Positions 38,801-50,087 of a stretch of 64,000 nucleotides of DNA are shown piece by piece. The DNA is from Sphagnum compactum (taxonomy: Eukaryota). The stretch covers positions 5,952,001-6,016,000 of the forward strand of contig OZ234494.1 in NCBI GenBank assembly GCA_965153455.1, in the 5' to 3' direction. A model generated the notes under the pieces. The model made no database searches. It was not told the origin of the DNA and saw only the letters and a list, made by a program, of their open reading frames with translations. Made by a program: the position numbers and the translations under genes. The stretch's first letter is position 1, and each line of letters starts with the position of its first letter.

Positions 38801-39520
38801 AAGTAGGAAAAATAGAAACTCACTCTATCATTCAGAAACAAACACAGAAGTTGAACAAGGAGAGAGGAAAATGATCATTCTAAAACAAGCACAGAAGTTG
38901 GAGAAGAAGAGAGGAAAATGAAGATCAAGAAGTAGAATATATAGGGTTTGGTTTAGGATTTATTTTGCTTCTTGAGTCTCTATACTTTCTACCCCCCTTG
39001 TTTGAAGGCTAGTCCTAGGCTAGGACTCCTAGTGAAACTATTTGTTAAAAATAAGTAATACTAGTGTGACCTATGTCGTTGTTGGGTAGTGTGTGACCTG
39101 CATCCTATGCCCGAGCGTGAACTTGTTAACGCAACTAATTTCTCCTTCCAAGACCACTTTTTTGTGTAATTTAGTTGAATCTCCAATGGCAAAAACTACT
39201 CCAAATTCCATATCTCTCAAACCTTAAGTCTGAAATTTTAAGAAATCCCTCCATAAGATCTGACTCTTTGAGCAGTTCCCAACAATATCAAAAGTATGCC
39301 CCAATTAATTTCTCCAAATTTTAGTTTTGATTCTATTAAATTTTCAGTAACCAATTTTTTTTTCCCCCAATATTCCACAACTCTTCCACCACAGGTCTAA
39401 ACATTAGAAGGGGACCATGTCGATGCACCCCTACCTGTTGAGGGCTTTCCAATAGTACCAAGAGAATCATGGGTGGCACCATCATTTGGGAGAGCTCAAT
39501 GTGACAAACAAAACAAGGGG

Positions 39521-39866
39521 TGTGTCACATGTGTGGCCTTGCCATTTACATTAAAAAGTATCTTAAGGCAAAAGAAGAAGAATTATGGAAACTCAAATAT
39601 TTCACCATAGCAAAAATATAATCTTCAAAAAAATCCTCTAAAAGAAACCCAAAATCCTTCAAGATATTATTATAACTCTATTATAACTAATCTCAAGTTT
39701 CAACAACACAAGCCAAAATATATCATCTTTCAAAAATCCTCATATAAAAAAATAGACCTATTATTACTAGCGACAGGCCTATATAAATCCCTGAAGCTAC
39801 TATACTCTATAATGAATCTAAACACAATATCCTTAAGGGCCTTGGTAAGTAGGCAAGGCCAACAAA
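39521..39866 (+). repeat. Dispersed ~330-bp non-autonomous element, copy 1
   Basis: 5' TGGCCTTGCC, 3' GGCAAGGCCA. The internal AATCCTTCAAGATATT..TAACTCTATTATAACTAATC block is shared with 42391, 52796 and 59290. Confidence 0.85.
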
Positions 39867-40718
39867 CTGCCATCCTTAATAGATAACCATATAATTTTGC
39901 TGCTGCACTACTGATTGTTTGTCAAGATGGCCTTGGAGTTTTTATGGCTCTCCTAACAAGACTCTCTGGAACAAAGTCCTGTTAAGGCAAATCGAATGCA
40001 AGCCCGCTAAACCCTAGACCCTAAACCATGATCCCTAAACTTCCTTATAAACTGACCTCCTATTATGTATAGTTTAGAACAATGTCTGTGGATCTTCTTG
40101 ACCCACAAAAGAAAGAGAGTGAAACAATTCACAATGGGTTGGTTTGTCGGGTTGTGAAGTCAGTCACCAATGTACTTACTTAGTTGTTTAAATTGTGAAC
40201 AACACAATCTAATTCCATACAGTTTGCAGCTGAGTTGTTATAATTGGCTAGCAATGGAATCCATGGCTTTGTTTTATGATACCAATGGAAGCCAACAAAC
40301 AAATTTCAATTTTGGGTGGAAAGGGCTTGCTTGATGTTTGCTCCTTGCCAGAAGAGAGTCAAAATTTGAAAGGTACCATGGGCTTGATGTTTGTTCCTTC
40401 TTGCCGGTAAGAGAGCCAAAATTTGAAAGGTGGTGGTAGAAGTAGTAGTAGTAGTAGTAGTACCACCATGGGCTTTGATGTTTGCTCTCCTTCTTCCTGG
40501 AAGTGAGTCAAAATGTTGAAAGGTAAAGTACCATGAGGTCCTCATTGCACTCACTTGCTCACACTCAAGAGAAACCAAGTACAAAGTTTGCTGTGCACAA
40601 ACATGGAAGAGTTAACACTGGTAATGGAGACCAGATGCATGGAGATACCTTCAGTCTGTCAACAGGAAAAAAGATAAAAATAAAATACCCCCCACCCCTT
40701 GCTGCCAAATTAAAAATA

Positions 40719-41158
40719 TGTTTATGAAACTTGTGCATCCAATCGACAAGCAACCCAATCTGCATTTTGGCTAAGAAATTGTGTAAATTAGAAATGTTCA
40801 TGAAGCTGTGCATCCAATCGGCAAGCATCCAATCTGCATTTTAGCTAAGAAATTGTGTAAATGGTGTTCATGAAGCTGTGCATCCAATGGGCAAGCATCC
40901 CATCTGCATTTTGGCTAAGAAATAGTGTAAATTACAAAATGTTTATGAAACTTGTGCATCCAATCAGCAAGCACCCAATCTGCATTTTGGCTAAGAAATT
41001 GTGTAAATGGTGTTCATGAAGCTGTGCATCCAATCGGCAAGCATCCAATCTGCATTTTGGCTAAGAAATTGTGTAAATTACAAAATGTTTATGAAACTTG
41101 TGCATCCAATCAGCAAGCACCCAATCTGCATTTTGGCTAAGAAAATTGTGTAAATTAG
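40719..41158. repeat. Minisatellite, 6 copies of 70-76 bp
   Basis: TGTT(T/C)ATGAA(A/G)C(T)TGTGCATCCAATC.GCAAGCA.CCAATCTGCATTTTGGCTAAGAAATTGTGTAAAT at 40719, 40795, 40865, 40940, 41011 and 41086. Confidence 0.95.
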
Positions 41159-41904
41159 AGAAAAGGCATATAGATAGATTTCTGCAGACTGAACATTTTT
41201 GCTTGCTTCCTTGCCGGCTTTGTCATCAAGACAGTAATAAGTCAGGATGTGGGAGCACTGTTTTCTTCTTTTTTTTGCTGCAACAAGGCAATCTCCTCCA
41301 AGGTCTAAGTCTGGAAGAGATTTGAGATCTTTTTTCTGTCTGGCTCTGCTGATCTCTCTGTCCTTTCTTCCTCTCTCTGCTTGTTGTTGCAAATGTTTCA
41401 CTGTTTCACATGATGTTGATGATGGGGAATCCTCCACTTCAACAAGTTTTTGAGCTGTGGGTGGTGAAAAACCTGCAATTTCTGAACCCAAGTACCACCC
41501 TACTGCTGAATTCATATTCCATTAAATCTTTCAATTTTTTTCAGTTGCTCAGTACCGTAGCCTAGGCTCAGTTTCCACATCGACAAAACGAATAATTTTT
41601 TTATTTTATTTTTTCCACCATCTACTATAATATTGTGATATGATGAGTAGTGAATTTATTCAGAATGTGGTGCATGATAATTTTTAATGTGATTTTCAAC
41701 TTTATATTTTCACAAAATTTCATTTCACTATTTTGAGGATTATTTAATGATGAAACTGATTTAACGGCCATAGCTCATGGGTGTTTAACCCAAATTTGGA
41801 TCAAAGGATGAGCCACATGCATTTTTATAATAGTAAAAAATTTGGGTTTTTTTTTTTTTTTTTTTTTTTTTGAGATGTGGGTTAGGGGGTTTATATCTTT
41901 TGGG

Positions 41905-42250
41905 GAAAGAAAATCATAGATGAGCACTTTTTTCAAAAATTAAGTGAAAGGGGAAAAAAAATTCTTATGTTAAAAAGGGGTTTTTAAGGGGGATGCATAA
42001 AATCTTTTTGAAAAAAAAAATTTATAGATGAGCACTTCTTTCAAAAGTTAAGTGAAGAAGGAAAAAAATTCTTTGTTAAAAAAGATTTTTTTAGGGGGAT
42101 CAAACAAAATCTCTTTTGAAATAAAAAATTATAAATGGAAACTTCTTTCAAAAGTTAAGTAAAGAGGAAAAGAAATTTCTTATGTTAAAAAAGGTTTTTT
42201 AGTAAAGGGGACCACACAAAATCTCTTTTGAAATAAGAATCATAGCTGAG
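41905..42250. repeat. Degenerate A-rich tandem repeat (~105-110 bp, 3+ copies)
   Basis: ATAGATGAGCACTT.TTTCAAAA.TTAAGTGAA..GGAAAAAAA.TTCTT.TGTTAAAAA recurs. Confidence 0.7.
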
Positions 42251-42390
42251 CAATTGAGATTCATGTTTTCGAGTCCATACAAATCTCGTAAAACCATGTA
42301 AATTATTATGCTTTTGAGTTCACACCCATGTCTCTGAAATTAGCACATATGGTAATCACTACGAATGAATGCATTGCACTAAACAAATAC

Positions 42391-42710
42391 TGTGTCACAC
42401 TTGTGGCCTTGCCATTTACATTAAAAAGTATCTTAAGAAAAAAGAAGAATTATGGAAAACGAAAACATTTTCACCATGCAAAAATGTAATCTTCAAAAAA
42501 TCTTCTAAAAGAAACCAAAATCCTTCAAGATATTAATATTATAACTCTATTATAACTAATCTCAAGTTTCAACACAAGCCAAAATATATCATCTTTCAAA
42601 CAATCCTCATATAAAAATAGGTTGAGCTATTATTTAGGGGCCAAAATCCATTAAGCTATTATACTCTATAATGAATCTATCCTTGCCTTGGTAGGCAAGG
42701 CCAATAACAA
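42391..42710 (+). repeat. Dispersed ~330-bp element, copy 2
   Basis: Colinear with 39521-39866; ends in the hairpin CCTTGCCT-TGGT-AGGCAAGG. Confidence 0.85.
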
Positions 42711-42948
42711 AACCAACATTTGTTTATAGTGTAGGTACTAGATACTATTGCACATTCACTGGACACATAGATAGCACTTATGTTTGAACCTACTAGAGAG
42801 GAAACACATGGGATTCAATTGGTTCCATGGCAACTAGATTCTTAACTAGAGCTTCTGACTAGGGAGAGCTATGGTGTACAACAACAAACAATAAGAGCAA
42901 ATTGAAAATTACTTGTGCAAGTGTTTCCAGTGAGCTGGTTATCATCAT

Positions 42949-43482
42949 CAGTGTTTTTTTTTTTTTTTTTTTTGGCAAATTTTCACACAACCAAAACAAA
43001 ACCCTAAAAATTGCAGGAGTCGCCATATTTTGAGGAAAAAAAGTCTCGCATCATCGTCATTTATTGAGACAAGGAGTTCCTAGTGGTCACAACAACTAGT
43101 AAGGATCAGTGTTTTTTTTTTCCCCTTTTTTTTCTGGTGAAACTTCACCATTTTTGACCAAAAAAAAATTGGGAAAAAAAAAATTAGTGTAAATTCGACC
43201 ATTTTTTCAATTTTTTTTTAATTTTGGAAAAATATATATATATCAAAAAATGGGGGGGGCAAAAAAAATAAAAATAAAACACTGGGCAGGATTCTTTAGG
43301 AAATATACTTCACTGTCTGACCTCTAGCCAAATTTGGCTCATTCCTTCTGTGGATGAAAGGGAAGCCAGTCCAACTACTTGACAAGATTGCCACTAAAAT
43401 TTTTATTAAAAAAATATTTATAAAAATAAATTAAAAATAAAATTATATATAGATATAAATAAATAAATTAAAAGACACCCTG
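42949..43482. mobile_element. Nested hAT-like MITEs (CAGTGTTTT...AAAACACTG)
   Basis: Inner element 43107-43284 has CAGTGTTTT/AAAACACTG termini and an imperfect 8-bp TSD GTAAGGAT/GGCAGGAT. It lies inside an outer CAGTGTTTT...CACCCTG element carrying the TAGCCAAATTTGGCT motif seen elsewhere (e.g. ~36390, ~53110). Confidence 0.55.
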
Positions 43483-46400
43483 CTGATCATCCATCATGTG
43501 TGTGCAGAAATCATACACTCGCAGAGCTTATGATTGAAAGAGCACAAAATAAGAGATAATGCTCCTTCCTTTTCGAGGAATTTAAAAGAAGAAGTTTCTG
43601 AAAGGGGTGGGCGAAAAAAAATTCCAAGTGACCATGTTTCATCGGAACTGGTTAATGTAAGATGGGTATTTTGGTGATCGTAGCTGCGACAATCTCAGAG
43701 TCATTCCAGATTTTAATAAATAAATAAATAAATAAAAATTATTGGCAATTTAATAATCAATTAGGTACTATTGCCAAGGGAGCAAACCCAAAAAGGAGAA
43801 GAAGAAGAAGGGGAGAGAGAGTCAGTCAGTTGCAAAGGTAATTTTCAATTTGCTCTTATTGTTTACCCTAAACCCTAAACCCTACAAAACAACAGTTTGT
43901 GTGAATTTTACCCCTTAAACCACTTTACAACTTCCAGTGACAAACTACTACTACTACTACTACTATTAAGTAAGCCCAAGTCCCAATGATCTGACCACAA
44001 TTAAGCACAATTGCTATAATAATACTACTACACTCACACCCTTAAGGTACCATTGCTGAAAAGCCTGAACTTGGCTGGTGTGTATAGGTAACAGAGTTTT
44101 TAATCATTATGCCCAAGACCTTCTTTGTGACCACTGACTTCTTCTTCTGGTTGGATTGTTGCACTAGTTAATGGTACTACTACTGGCTTGGGCATTTTTA
44201 TTGTCCTCAAAAACCCAACCAAACAAAGTTTTTAGAAATTTTTAGAATTTTTTTTGAGCATTTCTTTCTTTCTACAAAGCTAGCTCTCACTTTTTCCAGT
44301 GTTGTGGTTTTTTTTTTTTTTTTTTTCCCACTTACATACTTGCACAAGTAATTAATTAATTTTTAATTTTCTTTAAGGTTGGGCTTACCAAACCAAAAAA
44401 TTTGTTCCCCCAAAATTATAGTTACTTCAATTGAAATGCTGAAACTCAGCGTTTAATGCACAAGGTTCGAGAGTAATTATAGTAGTTGTACAGGTGGGAG
44501 CAGTAAAAAATATATATGTAGCAGTAGTGGAGGCGGTCAGGTAAAAGGAAAGACAGGATGAAACTCAGTTTAGCACCAAAATTGGTGGGAAAACTAGTTT
44601 GGGTCCCAGTTATTTTCCTTTTTTTAAATTGTCATTCCCAGTTACGCGTTTGATGCCTTATTATGCCGAAACTGGCCGTTCTCTTCGCCCCCCTAATCGC
44701 CTGACTTTACGGATAACTCTATATTATGAACATAATTTATAGCAACTTATTAGTGACACACCTCCAAGCTTGTCAAGTGGTATTAATGATAATTGCCCAA
44801 TTTGTATTACAACAAAAATTCATGAAACCAGAGATGTGCTGCCGCTCTTAGGTTCCTCCCAACCAAGTTCAAGTCATGAAAATTTCTTGATGTCAAATTG
44901 AATTGTCTAATCTTTGTTAGTGAAAGACCTTCAACACCTCCTTCCTTACACAAAGTGAAGGAAAGAGAGATTATGTGCCTTTTTGGATTCAAATCAAAAT
45001 CATAACTACTCTTGAAAACTTTCATGAACTCAACATGTGCTTTAATGTTGGTTGCTTTTTTCTCTTTTTTCCATAACTTTTGATAAAAAAGACTAGTTGA
45101 TGAAGACATATTTAATGAAATATTTTTTACTTGTTTTGGGTAATGACATGTTGCATTAGGTAATTTGTAATTAAAAATAATTGACATGGATATTATGAAG
45201 TCCCAAGGTAATATGACATGGATTGACATGCCACATCATCACGTAAAATTAACGTTTTATTTATTTATTTTAAGGTCATGATTAGAATTTAAGAAAGAAA
45301 CATATACATTCATTTGAAGGGATAAATGAAATGTGATTAAAGAATTTAACAAGTGTTGGAAAGGTTTCAATGAAAGTTACAAGATGGTATAGTTGTATGT
45401 TCCATTTGATTAAGTTTATTGATGTTATGAGCTTTCAAAGTGAAAATACACTTTATCCATGAATTTCAAGATATGATTTTGTGAGTCCCAAGAATTTTGC
45501 CATTGGGATGTAATTTCAATGGAGACATACAAAATGTACTACCATAGCTTAGAGTAAATTTCCATATGGACAAAACAAATGATTCTTTTCTTCAAAATAA
45601 ATTCATTTTTATGAATTTGAAACTGTTATTTTTTCATGATCTACTATAATTTTGTCATATGAGGAGTGAAACTATTAAAATTGTAGCCTACAATAACTAC
45701 GATGGTTTTCAACACCTCATGTTCATATTTTTATGAAAATTCATTTCATTATTTTAAATATTACTTAATGCAAAACTAACCATAGGATAAAATAATGCCT
45801 TTCATCAGAGTTTCAAATCCCGACCATGATGACTCCATGTGAGTACATAAGAAGTTTGTGAGGTTCCTTATTTTAATTCAAAATTGTCTTACACATCATT
45901 TTTGTGTATTTACATAGTTAAGGTGATTGAAAAGAGCACATGATACTTGTGAGATCTTGCTATCATCTTGAAGCTCACAAACCTACATTTCATTCACGAG
46001 TGGGAAGTGTGCCCCAAGTTTGTAAATTTTCATTCTTGCAAGATCAAAAATTAGTACCATAGATATCATTTGATAAACCAAGGGATGTGTTAATATTTAT
46101 CATAATTCCTAAATTTAACAACAACAAAACTCATGAGAGCTTGAGACATGTTTTGTGACCCCGTGTAATTAGAATAAAGGGACGAGAGCTTTAAAAATAC
46201 CTACAAAATGAATGATTTTGTTTTATGAAAAGCTCTTTAATCATCACAATTACACAAAATAAACAAAGTAATAAACATTTTATGCAATTGGAACCAAAAT
46301 TGGGTTCAAGACTCACAAAATGCAACAAGTTTCCAAATAAAAATTGGTTTTTCCACCAACCCTATCACCCTAGGTAACTAACTACATGAGGTTACAATTT

Positions 46401-46534
46401 AACCAAAAAGATGAAAGAGGGTTTGGACAAAATGTGGGTGAGATTATTAGACAATAAATATGCCCATGGATCTCATCCATGGGTTCAATGTGACATGAAT
46501 GAGCCTAGTCAATTGATGAATGAGACTAGTCGTC

Positions 46535-47043
46535 AATGCTCTTACCATGTGGATGATTTTGATGCCAAGTGGATGATGATGTGGTGTCAAGTCAAGTATC
46601 ATCTAATGGTAGAATTGAGGATTTGGATGCCCAATGGATTTGGAATTGTCACCATGTATCATTCATCTTCTGATTGAGATTTCCGGTTGTGGCCTTTGAA
46701 TCCAATGCTCTTACCATGTGGATGATTTTGATGCCAAGTGGATGATGATGTGGTGTCAAGTCAAGTGTCATCCAATGGTAGAATTGAAGATTTGGATGCC
46801 CAGTGGATTTGAAATTCTCACCATGTCACTATCATTCATTCGATTTGAGATTTCCAATTGTGGGCCTTTGGATCCGATGCTCTTACCATGTGGATGATTT
46901 TGATGCCAAATGGATGATGTGAGTGTCAAGTTAAGTATCATCCGACGGTAGAGTTGAGGATTTTGATGCCCAATGGATTTGGAATTCTCCCCATGTCACT
47001 ATCATTCATCCGATTGAGATTTCCGGTTGTGGCCTTTGGATCC
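46535..47043. repeat. Tandem repeat, 3 copies of ~170 bp upstream of TRM112
   Basis: ATGCTCTTACCATGTGGATGATTTTGATGCCAA...TTTCCGGTTGTGGCCTTTG.ATCC at ~46535, ~46704 and ~46876. Confidence 0.92.
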
Positions 47044-47248
47044 AAGTCTAGCCTGGACTCGGGGCGATGAGCGACACGTGTCTTCTTGCGCAATTGACAG
47101 CTGGCATGGCCTCCCGGGCTAGACGTGTGTTCGTTCCTGTGAGACATCGGACGGATGGAAAGAACAGACGTGGCGAGGTCGACTGCAACATTCAACGGTC
47201 CGGATTTGCACGCGCCTGGTCAGAGATTGTCTTCTGTTGCCTGTTGCA

Positions 47249-47269
47249 TTTTAGGGTTAGGGTTAGGGG
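47249..47269. promoter_or_regulatory. Telo-box-like element upstream of TRM112
   Basis: TTTTAGGGTTAGGGTTAGGGG ~160 bp before the ATG, plus AAACCCTAA in intron 1 (~47716). Telo-boxes are common in plant translation and ribosome-biogenesis genes. Confidence 0.45.
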
Positions 47270-47419
47270 TTGACAACTGGTTTTGCTGTCTGTCTGTCGT
47301 CGTTGTCGTCAAGCTTTGGTGCAGCAGAACAAGGCCCGGGAGGGAAGGAGGTGAGGACTTGATGCGGGAAGAGGAGGAGGCGAGGAGAGAAGGAGGTGAG
47401 CAAGCAGCGGGAAGTAGCG

Positions 47420-48359
47420 ATGAGGCTTATCACACATAACATGTTGTCTTGTAACATCAAGGGAGTGACTAATGGTTATCCGTTGGGCATCGAAGCCAGT
47501 CGTCTGGAGACGAAAGAGTCGGAGCTCAACCCGGAGTTTCTGAGGAAGATTTTTCCCAAGCTCGAATGGAAAGCATTACGGGATGCTGCTCACAGTGTAT
47601 GTGTATACGCCGGTTTTTCTTTTTCTTTTTTTGCGCTTTCAGCACGTCTGCATTGATGTTGTTGGGCCATTCGCTCATTTGGGAAACGGGTTTTGCATAT
47701 GCGCATCTCTAGCAGAAACCCTAAGTTTTACCCCATGCCTTGCAGTTTTCCATTTGCCGAAGGCTTATTGGATAGGGAGCCTTTTTGGCAAGTTGAAATT
47801 TTTTGGGGTTCCCAGGTCCGTGTTGTTTGTGAACAGAAAGAATGGAACATCTGTGGAAGGAATTATTGCAGGAGGTCACGGATGGAATCATCTTTTGCAA
47901 GTTTCCTTAAAGTTTCTTGTTTGCGAGGATTGCAGTTGGGACTAAATGACCTTCCTGAACACGTTGAGCCATCAATGCTAGAGGACGAGGACTTTCTTAA
48001 GAGTTTTCACCATGCCTTACTGGAGGTTAGTTTGCCAATTCTTCTATTCCTGGTTGCAATGTTAGCAAGCCAACAAATGTCTTTAGATTGTTACAATATT
48101 GTTCAATTTCTGACCTAAAGATCTTGAGGGGACTGTGCTTGCTCAAATGTCCTCTCGTGAAGACTTCACTCTGACTGCAGTAGCTGGAGGAAGTTTAGTG
48201 TAGTTTCCTTATATAAGTACTTGGCCGCATGCTGGATGAACTATGTCTCTTGGGAAGGTTCACTTGGAGGAGGGAGCATTGATCTGTCCAGAGACAGGGC
48301 GACGCTTTCCAGTTACCAAAGGTGTCCCTAACATGTTGCTCAATGAAGATGAGGTGTAA
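47420..48359 (+). CDS. TRM112: Multifunctional methyltransferase activator subunit TRM112, 3 exons, 122 aa
   Basis: Exons 47420-47596, 47936-48025, 48258-48359: [22 protein letters not shown]...FPKLEWKAL...[44 protein letters not shown]. Confidence 0.97.
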
Positions 48360-50087
48360 GAACATTAGGGTTTTGGAGTGCCTCTGTTTTTACAATACCT
48401 GGGTGTGCTGACTGAGAGTTGGTGCTTTCAAAGCTTCAAGTCCTGTTCATCAATTTTGACCTCAATTTACAAAGCAGCAGCTACAGTTGGAGTGGGTACC
48501 AGTTATCTACCAATGGAAGGTGAACCTGCAAAGTGGGATGATAAATGCCTTTGGGTTTGGAGGGTGCTTTCAGGTCTCTCCTGTTATACATCTAGTACCA
48601 TATTCAATGCCATCAATTTGGTTGTAACTTTCATCTATTATAAAGGTTTTGATGACTTGTATATCATCTGTATATATTCATTCTTGTGTAGGCTTCTAAT
48701 GAAATTATGCTTCCCCTTGCATTCCAACTGCAGCTTGGATGGTGATAATAGACTTTTTTTGCTTTACCTCTGTCTCTAGAGTGCTAGCCAATACCCATGA
48801 CCAAGTTTTCCTGTTGCATCTGGAAATTTGATAGAAAGTCAGGATGATTGTACTATTGACTTTTTTTTTGTTTTATTTCCATCTCTTGAGTGCTAGCCAA
48901 TACTGTGACTGAGTCTTCCTGTTGCATATAGAACTTTGATAGAAAGTCAGGACATGGATTTTCCTATTGTTGTTTGCCCAAAAGTTTAAGCAGACTATTA
49001 TGTACTAACCTACCTCCATGAGTTGGGAGCTGATGAAGGCAGTGGGAAGTAATGGAGCTTGAATAATTGCAGCTAGTCATTGCCATGCAGGATGAAGTTG
49101 ATGGTCACGCTTCAGGAAGTAACGAGTAGACTCTCATTCTTGTCATTTTGTATTTGGTTTGGCCAGATTGACATAAAAAGTTCCCTAAACCTGAACAAAA
49201 TAGGAATGTATTTTGTTAGGGTTTTCTCTGCAATGTCAGTACTCAGAGCAGATCTACCCTAGGAAGCTTTCCACTCCTTCAGGAAAACTTGGGGAAGAAA
49301 TTTGTTCTCTTTTGTTGCTATCTATGCTGGAGATTGCTGACTCCACTGGGACAATCTATAGCTGAGAGATTTGGGATAATGTGTAGCTGTGAGATTTTGT
49401 CTCAAGTCATAATGTTTCCAACACCTGGTGGTCAAATGACTCTTGGTTGAAAGGCATTGTGGAGGGATTGCTGTTTCATAAACCCATTGTGAACACTATT
49501 TTCTACAAATTCATTCAAAACTAGAACCAAATGAAAATTTTCTGCAGATTTATATGCAGCATTTGCAACACATTGCAGCTTACAAGAATCAGGAGAGATG
49601 CACTGGACCCATTACTCAAAAGACAACTACAGATTCCAAGGAGGTTTTTCACAGAAAAAGCCTCTCCTCCTACACTAGACATTCCACCACAAACTACAGT
49701 CTTCACAATTTGGTACCACTTTGCTTTGCAGGGACATTCCAGTGTTTGATGGACCAAAACAAGTCTGTGAGGAACCTAACAACTTCACTTGGCACTTGCA
49801 TAGATACCAGTAATGTTACTAAATTGGAAATGTCACTGCTGGCAAATGGGGATCTTGCAAAGATCTAAGTAAAATGGTGGAAGCAGAACTAATTACTAAA
49901 TTGGAAACACCACTGCTGGCCCATGGGTATCTCAGTGTCATACAATGTGTCAGAGTAGAAAGAAGGGATGCACTCGTTCTGTGCAGGGCTGATCAGGTCT
50001 TTTCAGAACTGAAAGTGTTCCTTTTGTCCACACAACAGTCCCAAACTGGTTGACATTCAGGCCCATCTTCAAAGGGGTCCCCAAGGG

